From sequence record OZ346186.1: a DNA stretch of 50,013 bases. The stretch is one strand, 5' to 3'. Position 1 is the stretch's first letter; every line of letters starts with the position of its first letter. Below are positions 29,766 through 38,032 of this stretch, piece by piece. The DNA comes from a phage. The notes below the pieces were generated by a model. The model saw only the letters and a list, made by a program, of their open reading frames with translations. It ran no database searches and was not told where the DNA came from. The position numbers were made by a program, and so were the translations under genes.

Positions 29766-30171
29766 TAAAGGCGATTATCTGGAGTTTTACGAAAGAGATC
29801 CGACAGATACTCTGAAAGAGGAATCGCACCAGATCGGGGCGTTTCAATGGGTAACTTATGCTCATCCTGAATTACTGGCATGGCATACGAAAAACGAGGG
29901 CGACAAGGGAATCGCCACCGCAATGATGGATCAGCAAGCCGGACTCGTTAAGGGCGTAAGTGATTTTATCATCCTGATTGGATTAAAAGGCCGTTACCCG
30001 TTTGCAGCAATTGAGATGAAACGCGTCAATAAGTCAGGCAAGGGGAAGGCTTCACCAGTCAGCAAGGAGCAAAAAGCCTTCTTGCGCCGTGTGCGTGAGC
30101 TTGGCGGATTCGCTGCCGTAACATACGGATATAAGCAATTCATGATCGCGGTAGAATACATGATGAAATAG
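29752..30171 (+). CDS. VRR-NUC domain nuclease
   Basis: 139 aa; D...E.K nuclease core (DFIILIG...AIEMKR) typical of VRR-NUC, commonly paired with phage helicases. Confidence 0.6.
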   Translation: MAMTDKGDYLEFYERDPTDTLKEESHQIGAFQWVTYAHPELLAWHTKNEGDKGIATAMMDQQAGLVKGVSDFIILIGLKGRYPFAAIEMKRVNKSGKGKASPVSKEQKAFLRRVRELGGFAAVTYGYKQFMIAVEYMMK

Positions 30172-30211
30172 CACTTTTTGTTAAAACAGGCGCGAAGGAT
30201 TGCGCCATAAT
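30167..30211 (+). promoter_or_regulatory. conserved box + hairpin + CATAAT (promoter cassette upstream of dam)
   Basis: box 30167-30187 includes stop TAG of VRR-NUC gene; hairpin ggcgc..gcgcc; -10-like 30206-30211. Confidence 0.5.
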
Positions 30212-30245
30212 AACACCAGTTCAACAAGCAACAGGTAATTAAGAA

Positions 30246-30947
30246 ATGAGCAAAGAAACCGAAGTGACATTTGAACAAATAGAACGCGAAACATTCATTG
30301 GCAATGCTCTCGCTACTGGTGGTCATTACCAGGCTGTTAAACCAAATCAATATTTCAAAGTGACTGGCAACCGATATAACGGCAGCAATACGCCGGACAT
30401 TGTGCGCGATTTGTGGTCTACGCCGTATGAGCTTGTCGCATGGATGGAAAGCGAATACGGTGATTATGACATCGACGCGGCGGCAAGCAAAGAAAATGCT
30501 GTATGTGAAAAATTCTACAGCAAGGAAACAAATTGCTTAAAGCGTTGGTGGGGTAGTAATAAGCATATATGGCTGAATCCACCGTACAGCAATATTACTC
30601 CATTTGTTAAGAAGGCGATTGAGCAAATGGAGCACAACAACCAGATCGACATTCTGTTACCTTGCGACACGTCAACAGGATGGTTTTATGAGGCGCAGCA
30701 GCGCGCAGCGGAAATCATCTGGATCACTGGCGAAGTTTACCAGGAGGACGGAACAGAATATTCCCGCACAGGACGCCTTGCGTTTACCTCGGCTCTTACA
30801 GGTAAGCCAGTGCAGGGAAACAACAAAGGAAGCGTTATTTTCATCATGCGCGAACTTAAAGAAGGTGAGCAGCAGAAAACTCGATACGTTAAAATCAGCG
30901 ACATTTGCCCTTCGGTGGCAGACCGTCGCGCACGGAAACGGAGCTAA
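30246..30947 (+). CDS. dam: DNA N6-adenine methyltransferase (Dam-like)
   Basis: 233 aa with NPPY catalytic motif (LNPPYS). Confidence 0.75.
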   Translation: MSKETEVTFEQIERETFIGNALATGGHYQAVKPNQYFKVTGNRYNGSNTPDIVRDLWSTPYELVAWMESEYGDYDIDAAASKENAVCEKFYSKETNCLKRWWGSNKHIWLNPPYSNITPFVKKAIEQMEHNNQIDILLPCDTSTGWFYEAQQRAAEIIWITGEVYQEDGTEYSRTGRLAFTSALTGKPVQGNNKGSVIFIMRELKEGEQQKTRYVKISDICPSVADRRARKRS

Positions 30948-30951
30948 AACC

Positions 30952-31209
30952 ATGCAAAAAGAAAGAAGCGTTTATTTAAATGAAACTGGCGAATGGTTGT
31001 TATTTCGCGCTATGGTATGCGATTCACTTGATAAAAACCCTAACGTGAAAAAGATGATTGATTGCGATCCGTGGGAATTTTCAAGCGCATTAGATATGAG
31101 CTTTGAGGAGACAAAAAAACTCCCGCTTGAAAAATGGAACGAGAAAATCAGAAATGACATGCAAGAATTTGTCGATTCGTGGAATTTTCAGCACGGAATA
31201 ATCCACTAA
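30952..31209 (+). CDS. hypothetical protein
   Basis: 85 aa from ATG 30952 (SD ggag); track ORF 30604..31209 is the same frame extended over dam. Confidence 0.55.
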   Translation: MQKERSVYLNETGEWLLFRAMVCDSLDKNPNVKKMIDCDPWEFSSALDMSFEETKKLPLEKWNEKIRNDMQEFVDSWNFQHGIIH

Positions 31210-31252
31210 TAGCACTTTTTGTTAAAACGCCCGACCTTGTGTCGGGCATAAT
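31208..31252 (+). promoter_or_regulatory. conserved box + hairpin + CATAAT
   Basis: box 31208-31228; hairpin gcccgac..gtcgggc; -10-like 31247-31252. Confidence 0.5.
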
Positions 31253-31284
31253 TATTTCATCAAAACGAACAAGAGGAAAACAAA

Positions 31285-31464
31285 ATGGTTGTTTACGATC
31301 CACGCGCTTTTAAAATTGCTCAAGAAGTTTCACGCGAATCTGTTGCTGGCGGTTCGGTTAACGGCTATCAGTTTGATTGGTCGGCAGCAATGACCTTGCT
31401 TAAGGTTGCATATGGTCACGCGCCAATTGAAACAGCGGAGGCATATTATAAGCATGAAGGTTGA
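31285..31464 (+). CDS. hypothetical protein
   Basis: 59 aa hand-translated; SD aagagga; downstream of box promoter at 31208. Confidence 0.5.
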   Translation: MVVYDPRAFKIAQEVSRESVAGGSVNGYQFDWSAAMTLLKVAYGHAPIETAEAYYKHEG

Positions 31465-31696
31465 ACAAGGTAGGCAGGCTGTATGGAATCACGCAAAGGA
31501 ATGCGGGATCGCAGAAGACATAGCCAGGATAGCGAAATATTTTGATATTGCTGACATAAGCATTATCAGCGGCGACAAAATGACATTTCTCAATGAGCGA
31601 CCGCGCAAAATGCATCGCGTACCTGCAATACCAACAAAGATTGATTTCAAAGAGGCTATGGCGAAAATTCGCGAGCCGCGCAAATACTACAAATGA
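31454..31696 (+). CDS. hypothetical protein
   Basis: 80 aa from ATG 31454 overlapping previous stop. Confidence 0.5.
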   Translation: MKVEQGRQAVWNHAKECGIAEDIARIAKYFDIADISIISGDKMTFLNERPRKMHRVPAIPTKIDFKEAMAKIREPRKYYK

Positions 31697-31707
31697 GGAT
31701 TATTATC

Positions 31708-31782
31708 ATGTGGCGTTTGTTACTTTTGCCCTTACCTGTTATGATGGCGATCTATATTGTATATGTTGTCATAATGAGATAA
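31708..31782 (+). CDS. 24-aa hydrophobic peptide (MWRLLLLPLPVMMAIYIVYVVIMR)
   Basis: hand-translated; SD gagga 8 nt upstream; its stop lies inside SD of the next gene. Confidence 0.3.
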   Translation: MWRLLLLPLPVMMAIYIVYVVIMR

Positions 31783-31794
31783 GGAGAATTTTTG

Positions 31795-32910
31795 ATGAAG
31801 CAAATCAAAATCACAGATGAACAATTTATCAATGAGCGCAAGCAGGGAAAGACATATAAGCAGATCGCTAATGAGTATGGTATGAACGTTCGCAGCATTG
31901 AGCGACGCGCGGCACGATTAGCAAAGCAAGGTAAAGTTACAACCATCGGATCACCTGGTTTTGGTGTTACTGGAGAATCAAAGCTAATTGATAAAGATGG
32001 CAATGTGGTTATGACATGGATTAAGACAAGTAAGGACCGCGAACAGTTAGAAGCATTAATGCAGGCCGCTATGGATGCATTTAGCGAAGAAGTTCCTCGA
32101 CTTGATCCACAGCCAGAATCACAAAAGGATTATAGCGAGACGTTATCACTGTATCCGATCTTTGACATGCACTTGGGCGCAATGGCGCATAAGCATGAAT
32201 GCGGCGAGAATTGGGATACAGCAACAGCAGAGCGCGTAATGAATAATTTCATTGATTATTCCATCCAGTGCGCTCCTGATAGTGAAAAAGCTGTTTTGCT
32301 GATTGGTGGTGATATGCTTCACAGCGACGGACTGGAAGCGGTAACGCCTGCAAGCGGTCACGTATTAGATCAAGATAGTCGATACGCAAAACTTGTTTAT
32401 GTTGCCATCCGGTCAGTGCGTAGAGCAATCACAAAGCTGTTATCAAAACACAAAAACGTCGAGATTCAGATTATTGAAGGAAACCACGACCAAAGCGGCA
32501 TGATCTGGTTGCGCGCAGCAATGGCGGCAGCATATGAGAATGAGCCACGAGTGCATGTTGATGTGTCTCCGCGAGTAGTTCATCACACACAATATGGCAA
32601 AACGTTCCTGGCATACCATCACGGGCATACTATCCGCAAACCTGAAACGTTGCTTATGATGTGCGCGGCAGACTGGCGAGAAGACTTCGGTAATTCAAAA
32701 ATGATGTATGCTCACGTAGGGCACTGGCATCATCAGACAGTAACTGAAACAAGCCTGGGCATTGTTGAAGTGCATAGCACTATGGCGGCAAAAGATGCAT
32801 ATGCGGCGCGCGGTGGATGGCGTTCTCGTCGCCGTGCGGCTGTTATTGTTTATGATAAAGAATACGGAGAAGTAGGGCGATTTATGCATTATCCAGAAAT
32901 GGCTGGTTGA
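31795..32910 (+). CDS. HTH domain fused to Mre11/SbcD-type metallophosphoesterase
   Basis: N-terminal HTH-like KTYKQIANEYGMNVRSIERRAARL; phosphoesterase motifs DMH, GGDMLH, GNHD, GHWHH. Confidence 0.55.
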   Translation: MKQIKITDEQFINERKQGKTYKQIANEYGMNVRSIERRAARLAKQGKVTTIGSPGFGVTGESKLIDKDGNVVMTWIKTSKDREQLEALMQAAMDAFSEEVPRLDPQPESQKDYSETLSLYPIFDMHLGAMAHKHECGENWDTATAERVMNNFIDYSIQCAPDSEKAVLLIGGDMLHSDGLEAVTPASGHVLDQDSRYAKLVYVAIRSVRRAITKLLSKHKNVEIQIIEGNHDQSGMIWLRAAMAAAYENEPRVHVDVSPRVVHHTQYGKTFLAYHHGHTIRKPETLLMMCAADWREDFGNSKMMYAHVGHWHHQTVTETSLGIVEVHSTMAAKDAYAARGGWRSRRRAAVIVYDKEYGEVGRFMHYPEMAG

Positions 32911-32953
32911 ACTTTTAATCATTAAAATATAAATATAAATCATCAATTTAATT

Positions 32954-32983
32954 GGGCGTGGCATTTTGCTTCGCCCTTTTTTT
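32954..32983 (+). terminator. rho-independent terminator before lysis cassette
   Basis: gggcg..cgccc + T7. Confidence 0.55.
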
Positions 32984-33056
32984 ATTCCTTTTTGTGCGTT
33001 CAATGGTTAGGATACAATCAATTAATTGTTGACTTTTATATACAGGAGATCTAATC

Positions 33057-33272
33057 ATGAAAGATTTTTTAAACGCTGCAACTTCCGGCACTGGCGGCGC
33101 GTCAATCACTGGCGCGGTAACTGGTCAAACAACTATCGCAATAGCCAGCTTAGTTTTGATGGCTGCATTTGGTATGTGGGGCGCTTATCTTCGCTGGCGT
33201 GATAGTAAGGCGCTACGTGACGCGCTTGAATGCGGTGATATTAAGAAAGCTATTGAGATCAGAGGTAAATAA
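33057..33272 (+). CDS. holin (single-TMD, pinholin-like)
   Basis: 71 aa, one hydrophobic segment, charged C-terminus, immediately upstream of endolysin. Confidence 0.6.
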   Translation: MKDFLNAATSGTGGASITGAVTGQTTIAIASLVLMAAFGMWGAYLRWRDSKALRDALECGDIKKAIEIRGK

Positions 33273-33760
33273 TGAGTATAAAACAAAGAGTGACCGCTGC
33301 GGCTTTTGGCGTTGCTCTTGCCCTTACTTCTCCGCTACTGGAGGAAATAGAAGGAGTAAAATATAAGCCGTACAAAGATATTGCTGGAATATGGACGGTT
33401 TGCGCCGGAATAACTGGACATGACGTAATACCAGGTAAAACGTACACACAGAGAGAGTGCGATGCGCTACTGGCAAAGCATATCAAGATCGCAAAGGATG
33501 AAGTTGATAAGCGTGTGAAGGTTGACATTCCTGATACAATGCGCGCGGCGATGTATTCATTCACATACAATGCTGGCACTGGCGCTTTTAGAAATTCAAC
33601 CATGCTTAAGCTGATTAATAACGGTCGTTATATGGAAGCGTGCGATCAGTTATGGCGATGGACAAAATACACCAATCCAAAAACAGGAAAGAAAGAAACG
33701 TCTAAAGGACTGCGCAACCGCCGCGCGGTGGAATTTAAATATTGCATTAAGGATCTGTAA
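33272..33760 (+). CDS. endolysin, T4-lysozyme-type muramidase with SAR-like N-terminus
   Basis: E-x8-D-x5-T catalytic spacing ([16 protein letters not shown]); Gly/Ala-rich weakly hydrophobic N-terminal segment. Confidence 0.75.
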   Translation: MSIKQRVTAAAFGVALALTSPLLEEIEGVKYKPYKDIAGIWTVCAGITGHDVIPGKTYTQRECDALLAKHIKIAKDEVDKRVKVDIPDTMRAAMYSFTYNAGTGAFRNSTMLKLINNGRYMEACDQLWRWTKYTNPKTGKKETSKGLRNRRAVEFKYCIKDL

Positions 33761-33762
33761 TT

Positions 33763-34161
33763 ATGCGAAAGTTATCAATAATCGCGATCGCTGTTATTTT
33801 GTCTGGATGTTCAAGCGTTACGCCACTGACCGGATTGATAGGAAGCAAGCCTGAGATAACAGCACAGGCAGGAGCGGAGAACGTAAAGCAGACCGTTGGA
33901 GTTACCGCAAAGCAGGACACCAGCACAAAACAGGAAACTACAATAAAGGAATCTGCGGTTGATAAGGTGGACACTTCCAGCAAGAAGGATTTCACTACGT
34001 CAACCATTCAGGCAAACACCATCAAGGCTGATAAAATCCAGGTTGTGCAGGGTGAGCAAAGGAAGTGGTACGATCCTATAATCTATTGCGCTGCAATTTT
34101 CAGTGGTCTTTTGTCAATGCTTTACTTTTCCTACCGCAAAGGCAACAAAAAGGAGGCTTAA
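33763..34161 (+). CDS. unimolecular spanin (u-spanin)
   Basis: 132 aa; N-terminal lipoprotein signal (lipobox LSGC) and C-terminal TMD; directly after endolysin. Confidence 0.6.
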   Translation: MRKLSIIAIAVILSGCSSVTPLTGLIGSKPEITAQAGAENVKQTVGVTAKQDTSTKQETTIKESAVDKVDTSSKKDFTTSTIQANTIKADKIQVVQGEQRKWYDPIIYCAAIFSGLLSMLYFSYRKGNKKEA

Positions 34162-34177
34162 CGCCTCCTTTGTTTTA
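34147..34177. terminator. bidirectional terminator after spanin gene
   Basis: aggaggc ttaac gcctcct flanked by A- and T-tracts. Confidence 0.6.
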
Positions 34178-34396
34178 TAGTGAATCCATCAAATCTTGAA
34201 AGCTGTTTCCGCTATAATCATTCTCGACAAGAATGTAAGCACCTTTCTTCTTTATATCCCATAACATTTCATTGTATTCGTAACGATTTATTTCAAACGT
34301 GCTGCCATCTTCTCTTGTCGCAGTTCCTTTGTCGTTGAAAACATCAAAAGTTACATTGATGATTTTTGTCTCTTTCTTTGTTACTTTGATAGCCAT
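34175..34396 (-). CDS. hypothetical protein
   Basis: 73 aa from ATG 34396 (SD gagga); downstream of box promoter 34430-34474. Confidence 0.55.
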   Translation of the reverse strand: MAIKVTKKETKIINVTFDVFNDKGTATREDGSTFEINRYEYNEMLWDIKKKGAYILVENDYSGNSFQDLMDSL

Positions 34397-34429
34397 TTTT
34401 AAAATCCTCATATTCGTTTCGATGAAACA

Positions 34430-34474
34430 AATATACCCGATACGAGATCGGGAGTCTTAACAAAAAGTGCTATT
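34430..34474 (-). promoter_or_regulatory. conserved box + hairpin + TATATT (minus strand)
   Basis: box 34454-34474 includes stop of 34470..34664; hairpin cccgat..atcggg; -10-like 34430-34435. Confidence 0.5.
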
Positions 34475-34664
34475 CAATACGCTTTACAGTAACCAACAAA
34501 ACGCCGTCCTCATCACACAAATTATGCTCTGATATATCAAACGCTCGCATGTCAGAATGAATGAGCGTTAACATTGCGTGCATGAAGTCGTCATGTGAGA
34601 TTGAACTTGCGGCGCAGAACTTCAATATTTTGTCTATTAGCATTTGACGTAAACAATTCTTCAT
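34470..34664 (-). CDS. hypothetical ORF overlapping previous gene in +1 frame (possible frameshift partner)
   Basis: stop TAG is embedded in a box copy like other real genes; overlaps 34591..34983 by 74 nt. Confidence 0.35.
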   Translation of the reverse strand: MKNCLRQMLIDKILKFCAASSISHDDFMHAMLTLIHSDMRAFDISEHNLCDEDGVLLVTVKRIE

Positions 34665-34983
34665 CGCTCATTTCTCCGATCCTTAAAACATCCCTTACCC
34701 ATTCGTTTTGCATACCTTCCAGACTGTAAAGTTCAAACGAGAAAGGTCGATTTGCAGACCCTTTCTTACACCAGAACTTTCCACCAACTCCATCAAGATA
34801 ACCAGCGGTCATCATTCTTGCGCAAAACTCTTTTGAAACGGCGGTTGCAAACATTCTCGGCGTAAATCCTGCGGCCCTTGCGAGCCGCTCACATTCTCTA
34901 TGCTGAAATATAAATTTTGCGATATGTTGACGTGTAAACCATTCGAATGACTCACACCAGCGATACAGATCCAGAAGAAACAT
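34591..34983 (-). CDS. hypothetical protein
   Basis: 130 aa; start overlaps stop of replication protein gene. Confidence 0.5.
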   Translation of the reverse strand: MFLLDLYRWCESFEWFTRQHIAKFIFQHRECERLARAAGFTPRMFATAVSKEFCARMMTAGYLDGVGGKFWCKKGSANRPFSFELYSLEGMQNEWVRDVLRIGEMSDEELFTSNANRQNIEVLRRKFNLT

Positions 34984-34985
34984 AA

Positions 34986-36569
34986 TTACCCCAGCAATGT
35001 TGGATTTACGAAAACAACGCCATTAATCACACAAATATAATTTCTTTCTTCAAGCATCGGCAGCAGTTGCGTTTCCATACGCTTCATTACGCCAGCCTGA
35101 CCAACAAACGGCTTAACTTTTCGTGCAGCCTCATATATGGCGCGCACATTCAAGATTCCCTTGTTAGCCTTACCGTGTCGAGTGATAATCTCGATTAGTT
35201 TACCCATTTCAGCATCATCACCAGCATAGCCAGAAGCGTTGGCGGCGCTAATGTATGTTTTGCTCAACTCGCTAAACATCAGCAGTGCTTCTTGAACGGT
35301 TTCAACTTCAATCTCTTTCGACTTCTGAGGGTATCCACCAGGATTAAACCAGTTGCGGATAGTGTGCAAAACCGAAGCAATCCTGATCACCTGCTTATCC
35401 ATTTTGCCAAGAGCACCGCGCAGCATTGTATGCGAATACTTTCCGCCATCGGCAAGGTGCGGTTCCATCTCCTGACGAGCCATGTTAAGAACTCGCATTG
35501 CTGATTTGCTGATCTTAAGCTGGATGTTTGATTCACTCATGATGTTATGGATCAGCTTGAAATATTGGCTTTTCAGTTCTCCATCAACAGGTTCATAAGT
35601 AGAATCACCGTTATCATCAACAAACTTTCTACGGCCTAAAAATGATTCCTCACGCACAAGCAAATAACGCTCACTCACACCGATACCGCGCGATCCTGCA
35701 TCCATGATGGCATTTATTGTTTCATCCTGGGCAATTACCGCCATACAGCCAAGAGCTTTAAAACTCATATTGTTGTCAGCGTTTGCACGAGCTATAGAAA
35801 CATGACCATGATCCCATGCTTTTAGCACAAGTTCGCTGTTGGTTTTACGTTCGCTATTGGCATATGTCAGACCTAAAAGGCTGTTAATACTTGTTGCCTC
35901 GTCTGAAATCACAGCAAAGTTACCCTGGCGATTGTTGATTCTTGCAAGTCCTTCCGGCGTTGTGTCGGACACAGGGAAAACGATGTCACACATCTTTTCC
36001 AGTTTTTCTTCCAGATCTTCTTTCTCCTGGTACAGAGACTCCATATCAGCGCCGGAGCGCTCGCTTTTCATCTCTTTTGCAAGACCTGCCAACTTTGCCT
36101 GAATCTTTTTTCTTTCCTTCTTTCGATGATCATTAATTCTTTCCACTTCAGCAACCATAGGAGCAAGTGCCAGGCTGTTAACGGCAGATTTACCAGTTGA
36201 TGGAGGCTGGCTTGTGACAACGTAAAGAGCGGTTGGTTGATCCGTTCCGTGATACTCAACCGTGAAGCGTCCAAGCATTGCAGCAGATACACAGCCGATA
36301 AAATGCATATATGCCGATGATTCAGGGAATTGAACAGATCGAGCAATGTTTCGCGCCAACTTTCCAACAACATCAACATCATTGCCAAGAGAAATTACAG
36401 GGTAGCGATCGTTTCCGTTATTAACATCATTAACCTCACCCCAAAAGCTGGACGATTGACGGTATCCGTTAGCCTGAATGGACACGCGCACCGGAGACAA
36501 TCCTTGTGCATCAGCTAATTCGATAATTTGTTTTGGTGTTAGTTTATTGGTTTCAAACGAAAAATTCAT
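34986..36569 (-). CDS. P-loop replication ATPase (helicase/primase-associated, putative)
   Basis: 527 aa from ATG 36569 (SD aaggag); Walker A SQPPSTGKS and Walker B-like AVISDE. Confidence 0.55.
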   Translation of the reverse strand: MNFSFETNKLTPKQIIELADAQGLSPVRVSIQANGYRQSSSFWGEVNDVNNGNDRYPVISLGNDVDVVGKLARNIARSVQFPESSAYMHFIGCVSAAMLGRFTVEYHGTDQPTALYVVTSQPPSTGKSAVNSLALAPMVAEVERINDHRKKERKKIQAKLAGLAKEMKSERSGADMESLYQEKEDLEEKLEKMCDIVFPVSDTTPEGLARINNRQGNFAVISDEATSINSLLGLTYANSERKTNSELVLKAWDHGHVSIARANADNNMSFKALGCMAVIAQDETINAIMDAGSRGIGVSERYLLVREESFLGRRKFVDDNGDSTYEPVDGELKSQYFKLIHNIMSESNIQLKISKSAMRVLNMARQEMEPHLADGGKYSHTMLRGALGKMDKQVIRIASVLHTIRNWFNPGGYPQKSKEIEVETVQEALLMFSELSKTYISAANASGYAGDDAEMGKLIEIITRHGKANKGILNVRAIYEAARKVKPFVGQAGVMKRMETQLLPMLEERNYICVINGVVFVNPTLLG

Positions 36570-36596
36570 TGATGATAACTCCTTTTTGATGCGGCA

Positions 36597-36641
36597 ATAA
36601 TACCGCACCAATGCTACCCGCATTTAACAAAAAATGCTATT
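36597..36641 (-). promoter_or_regulatory. conserved box (variant) + TATTAT, upstream of replication ATPase gene
   Basis: box 36621-36641 includes stop TAG of 36637..36858; -10-like 36597-36602. Confidence 0.5.
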
Positions 36642-36858
36642 TTATCCGCTCTATGCTAACTAAGATTTTTTCTGGTTCCTTTGCACTATGGCAATGCGCG
36701 GTTACAGAATCAACAAAATCAAAGTAAAGTGATTTGTGATATGAGAATCCAATCAGCCACCCAACCATCGTTTTCTTTATTGGCCTGACTACATCGCCAG
36801 GCTTGAAGGTTTTTGTTGCTGAATAAGTCACCTTATAGCGATATTCAGTCTTGATCAC
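36637..36858 (-). CDS. hypothetical protein
   Basis: 73 aa; stop TAG embedded in box copy. Confidence 0.55.
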   Translation of the reverse strand: MIKTEYRYKVTYSATKTFKPGDVVRPIKKTMVGWLIGFSYHKSLYFDFVDSVTAHCHSAKEPEKILVSIERIK

Positions 36859-37241
36859 TTATACATAGCCTCAAACAAATGACAGCCACCAGCGGAAAAC
36901 CCTACTTCTTCGCGGTATAGCGTCCAGCGGTCGCCAGCTTCATCAAACACATAACCAGCAACAGCGCCAAGCGCGCGGCCTTGCTCAATCTGGTAGCGCT
37001 TTCCTTCTTTGAAATGCTTTTTACAAGGGATCTTGTGATCTACAAAGGTGCATTTAATTGTTTTTGTCTTGATATGACGATAGTCAGACTCAACAGCGTT
37101 TTGCCACTTACTACCCTTTGTAATGCTCTTTACCTGGAATTGTTCCAACTCGATCACATCATCGCTACCAGCAATTTTTTCGTATACAGCTTTATAACGA
37201 CCGTTCATCAAAACGTTGGTTTTATTGCAGATAACTTTCAT
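36855..37241 (-). CDS. hypothetical Cys-containing protein
   Basis: 128 aa; SD aaggag; downstream of box promoter 37272-37317. Confidence 0.55.
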   Translation of the reverse strand: MKVICNKTNVLMNGRYKAVYEKIAGSDDVIELEQFQVKSITKGSKWQNAVESDYRHIKTKTIKCTFVDHKIPCKKHFKEGKRYQIEQGRALGAVAGYVFDEAGDRWTLYREEVGFSAGGCHLFEAMYK

Positions 37242-37271
37242 CGTTTATTTCTCCTTTCGTTTCGGTGAAGT

Positions 37272-37317
37272 GATTATGCCAGGCTTTTACACCTGGCTTT
37301 TAACAAAAAGTGCTATT
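37272..37317 (-). promoter_or_regulatory. conserved box + hairpin + ATAATC (minus strand)
   Basis: box 37297-37317 includes stop TAG of methyltransferase-like gene; hairpin gccagg..cctggc; -10-like 37272-37277. Confidence 0.5.
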
Positions 37318-38023
37318 TTGCGTTAGCTTCAAAGATTGCGCGAGCAAAACCGCGCGGTGTGAGGGAGCGGATCATCTTTGTACGAGATGATTTTCCGCCA
37401 GTTTTGGCCCAGCCAGGATTATCCTTGTCGTCCTCTTTCGGTAGGATCGTTGCGCGCGGAGGAATAACAAAGCCGTTACCAGTCCAAAGGCATGTTTTCT
37501 TAAAGTACCGATCCCGCGCCGGAATAATATCAGGGAAGTCGGGATGTTTATCATCTTCCGGCAGATAGCCAGCGTAATCGCACGGATGGAACGTATAATC
37601 AGGCTTACGCCATAACGTTGACAGCTTGCCTACAGGATTCTCTATCATGTAAGGAACACCGAAATAATCAGCGATATGCGCGGCTATTTTGCAAGTGTCG
37701 GCGGCCTCATTTTGGAAGTTAGGATTTTCCATGCGCTTTTTAGCCCAATGGCGAGATCCGCTGTTTGCTAATTGTGTGCAAGGTGGGAAGGCCATAATGA
37801 AATCAGGCTTACCCCAATTTTCAAGTTTTGCGGTATATTTGAATAGATCATCAATCCACACATTAACGTAAAAAATGTTATCATGGATTATGCGCACTGA
37901 TTGGTAATCGCCGTGATCGGCATCATCGTAATTAAAGCAAATGCATTTATAACCAGCATCAGCCCAATCTTTAACAGCCTTACCAGATCCATCAAACAAA
38001 GAGAAAATTAAACCTTTATACAT
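37313..38023 (-). CDS. DNA (cytosine-5)-methyltransferase-like protein (short)
   Basis: motifs FDGSG (motif I-like), FPPCTQ (PC motif IV-like), ENPVG (ENV motif VI-like); only 236 aa so target-recognition domain unclear. Confidence 0.4.
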   Translation of the reverse strand: MYKGLIFSLFDGSGKAVKDWADAGYKCICFNYDDADHGDYQSVRIIHDNIFYVNVWIDDLFKYTAKLENWGKPDFIMAFPPCTQLANSGSRHWAKKRMENPNFQNEAADTCKIAAHIADYFGVPYMIENPVGKLSTLWRKPDYTFHPCDYAGYLPEDDKHPDFPDIIPARDRYFKKTCLWTGNGFVIPPRATILPKEDDKDNPGWAKTGGKSSRTKMIRSLTPRGFARAIFEANAK

Positions 38024-38032
38024 TTCATCACC

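Noticed and set aside
30604-30951. N-terminal extension of track ORF 30604..31209 overlapping dam
   Set aside because: Only the part from ATG 30952 has an SD and sits after the dam stop; the upstream extension is out of frame with dam and overlaps it, so it is treated as non-coding read-through of the frame.
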